Below, in pieces: positions 48,125 to 62,470 of a stretch of 64,000 nucleotides of DNA. A program made the position numbers and the translations under genes. The DNA is from Anthoceros angustus (taxonomy: Eukaryota > Plantae > Anthocerotophyta). Location of the stretch: the NCBI GenBank assembly GCA_010909165.1, contig MU008167.1:1426001-1490000 (forward strand), written 5' to 3'. Every line of letters starts with the position of its first letter. Position 1 is the first letter of the stretch. The notes beneath the pieces are model-generated. The model was not told the origin of the DNA. It saw only the letters and a program-made list of their open reading frames with translations, and did not search any database.

Positions 48125-49445
48125 GGCTCCCTGATGCAGCCCTCGGCGTTTCTGACACAAAGCTCCTCTCCTCCACACCGCTCATCCTTCTCGCCGGCCT
48201 CCTTGCCAGCCTCCACCACAACCTTTCCGCATCACAGCCGTCCCGCACCTCACATCTGTCGCACAAATTGCATGCAAGCATCAACCAACACACAAACCGC
48301 CGGATTGTGGACACCTCGTTCGCATAGGCGTTTCTCCGCTGCTCTTCCAAATTGCGGTGGATTGTGCAGAAAACGGTGAGCATTTTCACACCTGCAGCGG
48401 CATCCAGCTCGACATGTCTCTGGGAGCAGGCCATCGTGGAAGCTTCGTCTTCCTCCGCAATGCGACTCGCCTCGGTCGACCAGGAGAAAGCCCGCCTTGA
48501 ATTCGAGCGCACAAGGAGGAGCAGCTCGGCGAGCTTTGTAATCCATGGGAGGGAGAGGCCGGCGCGCGAGCATAGCCGATTTGAATTTACTGCCCTTTAC
48601 TGCAATCCCTGTATCGCCACGACGGCGGAGTAACTTCATTTCACGACCCAGCGACATGCGGCTTGCTACAACTGCCCGTCTGTAAGGACAATCCGAAGAT
48701 ACTTTGACTTTTGTGCTTCGACACTGCAGGTGGAACGAATCACGGCGTGTCCCTGTACATATGTAAGATGTTTGTGGTTCGGAGTCCTGGACCCATGTAC
48801 TACAGTCGTTCCAACCGCCTCCACAATCACATCGTGAAGGCAGTTGCTAACAACCATTCATTTTCCTGAAGCACACGCTGTTGCAGAGGCGAGGCACCTC
48901 TTAGGTTCAGGATGAAGAAGAGTTAAGAGGCAGAGTACAATGGCAGGCAGGAAGTTGATGAATAACAGTTATGAATAGGGCCAGGCCTGTGATTCTAGAA
49001 GCCTAGCCGGGGCTATCCTTGACAGAGTAGCCGAGCTCTGCTTTCTACTGGTTGCAAGAGGCAAACAGATCAGAGAAACAAATCAGCTTATTAACAAGTC
49101 GTGAAGCAAAAACTGGCCGCCACTCGAAATTACAAAGAACACATCCCAAGCTTCAACCAATCTCATAGAGAGAAACTACCCCGTAAGAATCAGGTTTGTA
49201 CATCTGAGCCCCGTGACTAGTAAAGTAAACAGCTGAGCGTCTCAGCCATAATGTGAACAGAGCTCGTTGGAGGGCCGTAGCAAGATGCAGATTAGTAGAA
49301 TGATTTGCGGTAGCACGGAAAGGGTAGCCTCGTTACCCGGAAACGTAGTCGATGGCCCCTTTCGCCACAACTGATGACGAGTTGTGGGTGCTGTAGATTT
49401 CAATAAAGCAACTTCATAAACACATTCACTAGTAGAGCAGAGGCA

Positions 49446-51699
<2,254 letters not shown>

Positions 51700-52249
51700 C
51701 GCTCCTGCTCCTCCGGCAAGCCGCACACAGTCCCGTCGGCGGAGCGAGCCTCGTCCGTAGATCGCTGCAACAAAGATCCGAGACGTGAGACGAATTCACG
51801 GTTTCGGAAGACGCGCACGGGGCGTTCAGAGGCCCCGATTCCATTCACGATGACTCAGTATTCGCCTTACCTTGCGGGCCGAAGGTAGTGGACTAGCTGA
51901 CGCTCAGCAAGTGCTGACGAAAATGCCCGTTAATTTAACTTCAACGCGGCCGTGTGAAGCATTCCGGGATAACTCGGACTCGAGGTAAACCAAAGGTTTG
52001 GCAAGTGGGCCGAAGCAGTCTGGAACTCGCAACGGCCGTTTTTATGCTGGATCAAGGAGTGCCCTAGGGGCTGGCTTGTCCGAGCTGCTTCCTTGCATCA
52101 CCAAAATTGCCTTTGTACGGGACCACCGCTTTCCAAAAGCTTCTTTATGGATTTTTTTTTTTTCTTCTTCTTGCACAAGGTTTGCAGTTCCGTAGTTGAT
52201 ACAGCTATAGCTGGAGAGGGAATCAGCTGAGCATCGTAACGGCTGGAGC

Positions 52250-54556
52250 TGTGAGCATATCAGGTCGGCAGGGGAAGCTTTCTGAGGCCGTTGGAGCCCC
52301 GTTGGAGCCCTGGGATCTCTGGCACAGACGGACTCTGCTGTTTCTCAGTCTTCGAAGGATAGGAGATAGTTCAAGGTCTCACTGCCAAACTAGGGTGCGA
52401 GTCGAGTGCATGCTTGGGGAACCATATCTTGCGCATGCATGCATGTGGAGGTAGGCAGTAGGAGGCTATGAATGTGTTCACCAGGGTGGGCAAACCAGAT
52501 TTTTTCTTCATGTGGTTTTTCTTAATCTCTGCACATGCCAAGCACGGGAAATTTATGGAGGCCACACAACCCTACCATGAGATGCGTAGGTGAGGAGTGA
52601 AGGCTGATGATCAGAGTCTTTGTAGCGGCCCTTCAGGCTCGGCCGACTTGCAATCTGCAGGAAAGTGCTTACATTGTTCACCAGGCAGTTACCAGCAAAC
52701 CAGTTAGATGGAGTGCCACAGTGCAACACATCACAGTAAATGTGGTGAACTGGAAGATGCTCGCCAGGTTCTTGGAAGCATGGCCAAGGTGGATGTGGTG
52801 ACATGGACGGCGCTGGACGCTGGGCACTGGTACCTTACAGAAGGGCAGCCAGCCGCGCTCACAGATTGTCGAAAGAGGACTGCTGGATGACGTAGTGGCG
52901 GGCACCTGCCTAGTGGACATGCATGCACAATCTGGTGAACTGGAAGATGCACGCCAGGTGTTTGACAGCATGAACACAAAGAATGTGGTGACATGGAATG
53001 CTTTGATGGCTGGTATGCACAGCAAGGATTAGGACATGAGGCGCTTGTCGTGGATGGACAAATGGAGCAGGAGGGGCTGATTTTAGGTGAAGATGTTACT
53101 TTTGCAACCACTGGTGCCTTGCAGAAGGGCAGACAGCTGCACTCACAGAATGTCGAAAGAGGACTGCTGGATGACGTCGTGGTGGGCACCTGCCTGGTGG
53201 ACATGTATGCAAAATGTGGTGACTGGAAGGGAAGGTTTTTGACAGCATGGACACAAAGAATGTGGTGTCATGGACGGCCCTGATATCTGGGTATGGTGCT
53301 TGTGATGAAGTTCAACAAGGCACTCGCTTGTTTGAAGAGATGTCAGTTGCCGGTATTCAGCCCTATATGGTTCAGTGCCAACACGACAGTATAGTACTTG
53401 TGATCCAGCGCAAGTAAAGATTTGAACACAACTTTCCTGAATGTTAGCAGACACAGGTTCGCTAACGGCCCCCTGCTCAAATTCTGGTAGTGAAGCCCTG
53501 ATTCGATTCTCCTGGGAAGGAACAGGAATCGCCGGGGCAGGGAATCTGCCATAGATGGTTCACACTGCCGCGGGGTGTCTACAAGAGGGCACAGAGCTTC
53601 AATCCCAGACACAGGAAACACAACTGGAAAGCGATTGGCAACCGCCTGGTGGACAAGTATGCAAAATGAATGTTTGAGAACGTTTCCAAGAAGACGCTGT
53701 GACGCAGCGCCAGGACGTGTGACGCAGCGCCAGGAAGTGTGCCTGGCGTTTAATACAAAGGCAGGCGACAACGATATCTCAACACACTTCTCTGCAAAGG
53801 GCAAGGGTTGTGGACAGGAGCAGGCCGGGTTCAAGGAGGAACACAGGACTTCACAAGAGCCCAGGAGGATGCCAGGAAACAACCGGCAGCGCAACAAGGC
53901 ATTCAGCAGGCACTCACTGACTGGAGGCTTGTACAAGCGCCGGTGCATTGCAGAAGGACAAAATGAGGACAGCTAGATGACATATTGGTGGACAACTGCC
54001 AATTGGTCATGTATGCAAAATGTGGCGAAGTGAGAGATGCGCGCTGGGTTTTAGACAGCTTGGCCACAAAGGATGTGGTCACATGGACGGTGAGGATAGG
54101 AGCATGCAGTCATGAGGGACTGGCGATGAGGGCCACTTGGACGACGAGGCTGAGGATGTGCCACTACCATGTGGAGCAAGCAATGTTGAGTGGTTGCTCA
54201 TGGCCTCGCTCATGCAGATGCAGGTAGGTGGGCCGATGTAGACAGGATTGAAACACAGAATGGCAGTTGGAGCGAACAGGAAACCTGCAGTGGGAGGTAC
54301 GCAGTGAGGTGAAACGGCACCTACATACATACATTTGGCGAGGGAGGAAACGGACAGGAATTGCTCTCAAGATAGAGAGCACAAGTGCACAGCATGAAGT
54401 AGGAAGGGGGCCACGGACCACTCACAAAGTTGGTGCTGAACAGAGTGGCCGAGAACAGGAAGGCAGTACGAATGCCACATAGGGCACATTCTCTCAACCA
54501 CACAGAGCACGGACACATGCAGGAGGCAAAGATTGTGTGGACAACCGAAACCCTAA
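52250..54556 (+). pseudogene. PLS-class PPR pseudogene ending in a DYW:KP-type deaminase-domain relic
   Basis: Frameshifted fragments: GKLSEAV, LGNHILRM, EAMNVF, KCGELEDARQV, DVVTWTAL, GTCLVDMYAKCG and E2-like AGRWADVDRI. Then RKPAV (54278), GIALKIEST (54357) and EGGHGPLTKLVL (54403). Confidence 0.8.
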
Positions 54557-54719
54557 CCCTTGACAGCCTGAACCAGCTTTCTCCAGCTTCCCTATGAGTA
54601 TGAGTCCACCTTTGCATCCAGCTACTTCGCAGTTTGCTCTCCCGGCCGTAAACCCTAATCACCGTGTGCTCGCTACCTGGTGCTGTCTGCCAAAGAATTC
54701 ACAGGCCTGAGCTCTTCAC

Positions 54720-55226
54720 ATGGCGCGTTGGATGACCAAGGGCTCGGCGGCGGCAGTGGCATTGCTGGCGTGCATCTCAATTGTGCAAGCATCGATCGTC
54801 ACCCTCAACTGCGCTGTCCCCGACTGTGATACTACGCCGTCCGCTGCGCAAGACCTGGCCAACCGGATCTTCGAACTGGACTCATGTTGCCAGCGGAAGA
54901 ACGGCGGCGACAACTGCACTGTCATGGCCGCGAATGACGGAACCGGAATCTCTGGCGCCACGGCGCGGATTTGCGGCTCCTACAACCAGTGCATCAGTTG
55001 CGTGGATGCCGCCGTTCTTATCCTGGATATCATCGATTCTTGCGCATACATTAACTATAGCCATCCTAACCATGACTCCCGCGTTTCTGGATGGGTGGTG
55101 TGGTTGACCGACGATGCGTCCGAGGACTACGCGTTCGTCGTTCTCACAAACAAAACCAACACCACATCACCGTTCTGTATCCACGATGCACATGGTAAAT
55201 GTTTACCACCTCCTCCGACCAGGTAG
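54720..55226 (+). CDS. Small secreted cysteine-rich protein of unknown family, intronless, 168 aa
   Basis: ATG..TAG ORF. Hydrophobic signal peptide ending near VQA|S, 11 Cys in the mature part, GC-rich codon usage like neighbouring genes. Confidence 0.75.
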   Translation: MARWMTKGSAAAVALLACISIVQASIVTLNCAVPDCDTTPSAAQDLANRIFELDSCCQRKNGGDNCTVMAANDGTGISGATARICGSYNQCISCVDAAVLILDIIDSCAYINYSHPNHDSRVSGWVVWLTDDASEDYAFVVLTNKTNTTSPFCIHDAHGKCLPPPPTR

Positions 55227-55677
55227 CCGAGTTCAGATCTAGGGCAGCCAAGACGGGGGTGAAGCGGCAGCTTAAAAGTCAGCCGAAAATTTTAGCCTCA
55301 CCTCTTGTATAAGAAATGGGGACTGACCTCTGGTAAAGGAAAGGAAGGCTCCTTCTCCCCACTGGAAACAAGAAAGCTTGGCAAGAACGAGCCTGGTCCT
55401 CATTCCTAAGTGTTTCATGTGTGCGTAAAATATTGTTGAGTCTGCTGCAGCTGTCCTTGGTTGCTGGTCCCTACTGACAGCGTGTTGATGCTCGTACAAG
55501 GGGAAACATCACGCTAGGATTGCTAACGCCACACTGCCTTGCCTCTGGACACCGATGGATTTCTCCCCTGGTTAGCCGATGTGCTGTAGCTTCCCTGCAC
55601 ACTGCTGCTGAAGTGAGTCAAATCATATGTGTGTTCAAATGGCTTGGGCCAAATCGACACCCATTTATGAAAGAAGG

Positions 55678-55797
55678 TTGTTATGCATCACGGGCTTCCA
55701 TCTGTACTTACATACGGGGTGCTTATAGGGAGTGGATGCCCTTGGTGCTAGTAGCTTAGACACACCTTGGTACAAGTTGTCGAGTACCAAGTCCCAT
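55678..55797. repeat. Dispersed repeat, copy B (copy A at 22077-22192)
   Basis: Direct alignment by eye with 22077-22192. Confidence 0.8.
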
Positions 55798-56901
55798 TCC
55801 CATGATAGGAAAAATTTGAGAGGCTATACAGCCGACTCATTTGGTGGCGCTCCGTCACTATGAGTTGTTAGTCGTTGCAGACAGCTTACTCTTTCCTGGT
55901 CATAAGAGTGGTGCTCTTATCCGTGAGCTGCTGTAGACTACAAACTCAGTGCGAGGAAGTTCGACCAACTCGAGGTGGTAACTAAAAGGAGAAAGGCTGG
56001 AAGCTTGACTGCAACAAGAGTGATCTTCTTTTGTTATATGGAGCATTACCAAAAGATCCTTAGAACAAATACCTCTGTCCGTTCTCACATAAGATCTCAC
56101 CACGTACTCGTACGAGTCTTTGCAAAGTGCACCTTGGAAGGATTAAGCCGCTCCAGAGACACCATGTGCAACAATCAAGCTCGTACCGCGGAAACTCGAC
56201 ATACCTCCGTCCTCCAATGCTCCGCGGAGAAAAAACCGTCCTCCTCCTGCATCAGCCGCCTGCCGCAAACATTCCGTCCCGCTCCTGGCGGCCGCTGTAA
56301 CGCAGATCCGATCCGACGACGGTTTCGAGAAGGAATAGCGCGTTTCTCAATTTCTGAAAGATGATTCGATGAAAAGACCAATAAGTTGAACTGGCCTCGG
56401 AGGGAAAGAAGCACAGTTCGAACTTGAGATAAACCAGAGGTTAGCGCGAAGACGACAGGAAGGACCGCTTCCTGTGGACAGGAAAGGCACCAGCGGAGCA
56501 AGATCGGCTGGGCCTTCCTGCGAACGCCACCTGATTCTTCCTCCTCGCGCTACGGCGGTGGCGGCCTGCTGGCGGTGTAAGTATATAATGTGGCGTTAGG
56601 TGACACAATTCAGGTCAATCTGGCGATTTTCCTCTGATCGTGTGGGATTTCGGCTTTCTGTGATCGGGAAGTTGCAGTTTCGATTGAATCGGGGACGCCT
56701 GGGAGCAGGCAGATAGAGGATTTGTTGCATTTCGCGGTTTTCTGATGTTGAGGTTTGGTTGTGAGAAGCTGGGGTGACGTACGGAGGGTTGCTGTTGTCT
56801 TCGGATTGGTATCGAATATCAGTATTCCGGCCATGTTGGAGAGCAGAGCGTTTGGGTTTTAGGTCTGTAGGGAGGAATACTATAGGGTTTTCCAGTGGAG
56901 C

Positions 56902-58999
56902 ATGCGCAAATTTGCACTGAAGAAAATGGTTGAAGCGGCGTCCAAAACCAGTGCTGGAGAGTCTTCCTCGAAGTCAGCTGAAGCTGTTGTTTTGCACAAC
57001 AATAAATGGCAATGGGTTACCAGCTGGCAGCAGCGATTGCGATGGAGTCCGACATCGAGGAAGGAGATTATTCAGTCTGAAAAGCAACTTCTTTCCCTCT
57101 TGCGGTACAGAATGTTGTCCGAGTGTTTTTTTCTTTTGCTAGTTCCTTTGGTGGGCTCCTTCCGAGATCTTGATGTTGTGTTCTCCTGGCAGGTCACCTT
57201 ACGTGCAAGAACAAGTGAACATCGGGTCTGGCCCGCCGGGATCGAATGTGAGATGGTTTCGGTCAGTTAGCAATGAGCCCCGGTTCATCAATACTGTGAC
57301 TTTTGACCGATCGGCACCACCAGATGCCCCCACAATTGTGCTGGTGCATGGATATGGTGCCTCACAGGGTTTTTTCTTCCGCAATTTCGATGCACTTGCG
57401 GAGCGGTTTCGTGTGGTTGCAGTGGATCAGCTCGGGTGAGTGTGGGTTCTCTCCTGTCACTCATTTACCTCCCACTTCCTATCACCTTTGCTTTACAGTT
57501 GGTTGCATTTGATGCTCTACGGTTGTATTAGTTGTATCAACACCTGTTGATAATTTATGCAGATGGGGTGCTTCTAGTCGTCCTGACTTCACCTGCAAAA
57601 GCACCGAAGGTAAGTCTCTTAAGTGACTGGACATCAGCTGTAATGAATAAATATTCTCTGTGTAGGGCAGCGACGAGGTTCTTGATCTGGATCAATGTAC
57701 CTCATGGATTCTGAAGAAGAATGTGGTGTGCATGCAACAGAGACAGAAGCTTGGTTCGTGGATTCATTTGAAGAGTGGCGCAAGGCAAAGAACTTGGACA
57801 ATTTTATTCTGCTCGGACATTCTCTTGGAGGCTATGTTGCAGCCCGATATGCTTTGAAGGTTCGTATCCTGAAATTTCATCTTTAATTGCAGTGGTTCTG
57901 CTGCCGGTCTGAATGAGCTGCTTAATTTGACTTTGCGACCTCATCTGATCGTTGGCAGCATCCGGAACATGTGAAACACCTGATATTGGTGGGACCAGCT
58001 GGATTTGCCTCAGAATCAGATCGCATTGTCCAATTCAGGTCCACATGGCGTGGAGCCATTCTCAACTTCTTCTGGGACTCCAATATGACTCCCCAAAAGG
58101 TTGTGAGGTAAATGTCTTGGCTCAGACTGTTACAGGGGTGGGGTGGGAGATCAAGATTCTAGCAGTGTATTGATCAAACAAATGGAAAATCATATAAGAT
58201 AAGGAAAGATGGCCTGACGCCTTGGAACCGTGCAGGAGTTTGGGTCCTTTTGGGCCAAATCTTGTCCGTAAATACACAGGAGCACGATTCGGGCTGTATA
58301 CAACTGGCACTGGGCTGGACGATAAGGAAGCAGCATATTTCTCAGGTTGGTTGGTGAAGATGTCTGCATTGGTTCTGTTTAGATGAACCAATGCAGACAG
58401 AGGACCTAGCAACTCTGATGCTATCTGTGCAGACTATATTTTTCATACGCTTGCAGCCAGAGCAAGTGGGGAGCTATGCCTCAAGTACATTTTTTCCTTG
58501 GGAGCATTTGCTCGATCTCCCTTGTTTAAGAGGTTTGTGCCTCTCTGACTTGAAATATGGTTTGGCTGTTTCGACACGATATGGGTTCTAAGCTTTTGAA
58601 GATGGTGTATGAACAGGGCTGGGGATTGGAAGGTACCGACCACTTTTATTTATGGTGTAGATGATTGGATGAATTATAAGGATGCCCAAGAAGCCCGGAA
58701 GTTAATGAAGGTCCCTACAGAGATGATCCGGGTGCCGAATGTACGTGTGCAACCTTCTTTTTCCGAACTCAACAGTCGGAGCACCAATCGCTCATCCTTT
58801 CTTATGTATGAGTGGTTTCATTTTGCAGGGAGGCCATTTTGTTTTCCTGGATAATGCACCTGGATTTCATGCTGCTCTATTCCACACATGTCGGGAGTAT
58901 CTGGGTACCAGGCCTGGAGACGAACATCTGCCCGCCAACGAAGGGTTGGAGGAAGTGCCTCTTCCTCTTCGGAGGACTGAAAGTCCTACCAGTTCTTGA
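56902..58999 (+). CDS. CGI-58: Alpha/beta hydrolase, CGI-58/ABHD4-5-like (soluble LPAAT/lipase), 9 exons
   Basis: [28 protein letters not shown]|[15 protein letters not shown] nucleophile elbow, [26 protein letters not shown] (HxxxxD). GT-AG junctions keep the frame. Confidence 0.93.
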
Positions 59000-60099
59000 A
59001 TTCCGGGAGTGATTGTTGAACATTTCAACGTCTGGCAAGGGCACCGGAAGGATACACTCCTACTGCTCTGCCAATTATTATTTGATCTTGTATTTCTATG
59101 AACCAGACGACGTCTGGCATTCTCTCGAGTGTACTTATGTATGATGGTAGCAACTAAATTATGAGCTGTACAATCTTGGCATGTCATCACCCGAGTTGAC
59201 TACATCACAGAAATCTTACTCGCCAGTAGAGGCGAGTAATAAGATCAGCTATCAGCACTTTCAGCTTTGTTCCTTGCATTGCGGCCACCATTAGCCATCC
59301 ACGCTTGTAGTCCTTTTCAATGCATTGCGGCCACCATTGGCCATCTGCGTCTGCAGTCCTTTTTGTGGACAAATCTTGTCCACAGCGGACAAAAGCCGTA
59401 AGCGGCAGGCCCTTTCATAAAAGCTCTGCAGACCTGCGCTGTTGGAGCATGGCTGTCTGTCCGTGGTCCTCCAGTTACTGCAGACAGGGACTGAGACGCA
59501 CCAGTACCATTTGGAGGAAATGCAGGCTTTGGACTGGATTGCAGGCACTGTACGTACATGATATGAATATACTGCTGCTTTTAGCTTTTACCCTGTCCTT
59601 CCGCTTTTAGCTTTTCAGACCCTGCAGACTTCCTTCCGCTCCACACGGCATTGTACAGTGAATCAGTGATCGCCTGAGATACCGTTGAGCAGCCAAGGGA
59701 AATCCTCATCCATGAAGCTCCTTCATGTTGGATGGAACCATACGACTAAAAATTGATGGATGCAGCACAATCGGGACACAGCTCCGAGTACATATCTTCC
59801 GGAGCAGGCCAGCTCTCGGCTTGTGTCAATAGGCTGCTTGTGCAGTCCGAAGCTCCTACAATCTTCCCGTGGTATGTAGAGGAATCAATGGAGTCTGTCA
59901 TCAGGGGGCCGCCAGCATCCTCTGCTGAGAGAAAACCTCATGGAGACGCTCGAAATCAGCACCAAGGAGATGGCGAGTCCGAGTCGTCATCCTTGGAGTT
60001 TTCTTGATTAAAAAACACTATCTTGGAAATTGTCGAAGTGACAATAATCTGATGAGATCTCACTCGAGCATTGCTGTGCATCAGGAGTACAGAAAAGAT

Positions 60100-62470
60100 G
60101 CGGTTGTGGCTCTGGCCGAGCAAGAAAACAGTCCCCAGTCTGTCGCGGACGAGTCCTTCATGCACTGAGAGGCCTCCCTGCGGACAAGAGCAAGACGGGA
60201 GGATGGAAAGCTGCGCCTTTCATGTTCTGCAAGACAAGCACACTGATTTGCAACGGTGCTCACAGTCTTCATTGAGATGTTCGACCAATAAAGAAAACGA
60301 TGACTGACCTCGGAATGTAAACCTGCACCGCAACAATGTACTTCGCCGACACCATTGGCCATCTAGGAATCGCAATGAATCTGGTACCTGGTCATCACGA
60401 TGCACCAAAGCAACTCGAAGGCGTCCACGATCTTCACCGATTTCATGGGAACATGCTTCATCACCTCGGTCGGATGGGCACTCGTGGCTGATGCCTACTT
60501 AGGCCGCTACTGGACAGTTCTCGTCAGGTCCATCATCATGTTCGTTGTAAGCTTCAGGAGATTGTGGAAGAAGAATTGTGAACACATCAAGATTACAAGT
60601 TTGTACGATTTTCTGAATTCGATGCCAACGCTGACATTCCAGCTGCTGTGAGTTCAGGGATTGCTGCTCATCACCGTGTCAACAGCAGTGTCATCTCTTA
60701 AGCCCGATCCATGCACTGCACTACCTTGCGAGCGTGCAAGCGGGGAGTGTTAGGATTGATCAGACACTTCGTTAGTGCACAAAAGTGTGATCAGTGCTGT
60801 GTGGCAAGGAGATGGCCAAGTTGCTTTTGTATCTGAATTATCTACCTGCTGGAATAAAAGCCACACGCTCAGATGTAGCTCTGCGTGCCCGTTGTCTGTG
60901 TACCCTGACGGACCCTTGTTGAGCAGGATTGAGCTGGTGTGTGATCCCCAAGCAGGGAATTTGACACTTTTCGTGCTCACCGGCGTCGTTTACATCCAGG
61001 TGCAAATCATGACAAGCCTTCCCTTCGATGTTGAAATTTTGTCAAGCAACTAGCAGATTCCCTTGCAGCCTTAAGTTCTCAATGTTCACCATATCGGCAT
61101 CGCACAACTTCGCAGGATCACCTCAGACGAACCAAGGGCTTCGGCGGCATATATGTGGTCACTGCTCTTCTCTTCTTCGCCGGCACGCCATTTTACCGCC
61201 ACAGGAAGCCCTTTCACTCGCTGTCAGGAAGCGATCCATTCCCCGTCCGGCGGATGCCAGCTTCTTGTATGAGATCTCCTTCAAGCAAGCAACAACGCAA
61301 CCGACCTTGGGGTAGTAACCTAAACCATCTCCCAGCAAGCAGGACTTCACATCTAGACGCAAGCTTGCAAGTTCCATACCTCCTTCTTCAGCTCCTCTTT
61401 CAATGCAGCTGTTCCATACCTTCTTCTTCACCTCAGACAGTTTCAATAAACTCGAACTTGGAGGGCGTTGAACGAAGTCCAGCACATGTGAACTCGCAAG
61501 GAAAACCCCGCAAGGGTCAGTTCCCGCTGTGTGGGCGTGCCAGTTTCCATTCCATTACATATTTGAGATTAATGTGTGCGACAAGTTTGGTTGTTATTGT
61601 TGCTCTTGTCACCTTTCTTTTCCAGTTGAACCTTAGAAGATCGTCCCACCACCTTGGAAGACCATCCTTCCCACCATCTGGATGACTTGACAAAGCGACC
61701 AGGGTGAGTGTCCGAATCTGGACAGAAAATTCCCAGAGTGATTCGGCCAGTCAGTTGCTCGGCCGCTGGAGGAGACATACGGCTGCCGGCACGATGCATG
61801 TGCCGAGGAAGGTATCAACTGCTTGCCTGTGCAACATGCTACAGGACAATGGACGTGTTTCCCGAACAGCGCATTTAATAGTGGTTATTATGTGCACGCG
61901 ATTTTACAATCAGGAATATTGTTTCACTTTTTCCACTTGCTCTAGCTCCTGCAGTCTCTTGATTCTCTGCTGCACGGATTCCTATCTTACTTTTTGAGGA
62001 CACTTCTGGATTGATTCCTCCCTTCAGCTTATGAGATGCCTATTGCCTACCCTTATCAGAAGATATACTATGTTTGTCCTCTGGTGTCTGTCGCTTCTCA
62101 TGATGTTTATGGAAGGCACCACTGAAATCTGACAGGGAACAGTGGGGAGCATCTTGCGATGAAGGCTGTGAGGTCTTGAATGGCTCTGGGCTGCCACATG
62201 TCATGTCATAGAGAACTCTTTCCAACCAGTTGACGTTGTTTCCATGGTATGATGCTCTCTCGAAAGCAAGGGTGTTGAATGAATCTCAGCACATGGATTC
62301 TAGTCTTGGGTTTCGGTAGGAAGTAAGGGAAGAGATTGGAGACATCAGACTCCAGGGTGTCGAGGTCCTGAAGATGGTCAGTACTTGTTTTACAACATCC
62401 TGAGGCTGAGCTGGCGTGTCCTGAATTCTGAGCACTTGGTTGCCTTCCTTGTCTACTATCAGGCTGAGAC
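60100..62470 (+). pseudogene. NPF: Decayed NPF (NRT1/PTR) transporter
   Basis: LRGLPADKSKTGGWKAAPFMF, GIAMNLV (out of frame), MHQSNSKAST..DFMGTCF..VADAYLGRYWT, GLLLITVS...CERAS, FFAGTPFYRHRKP. Frameshifts, stops and missing central helices. Confidence 0.75.

Noticed and set aside
59275-59363. 46-bp direct duplication reading KGLQ..MANGGRNA twice on the minus strand
   Set aside because: The period is not a multiple of three and no gene context supports it; it is a small local duplication.
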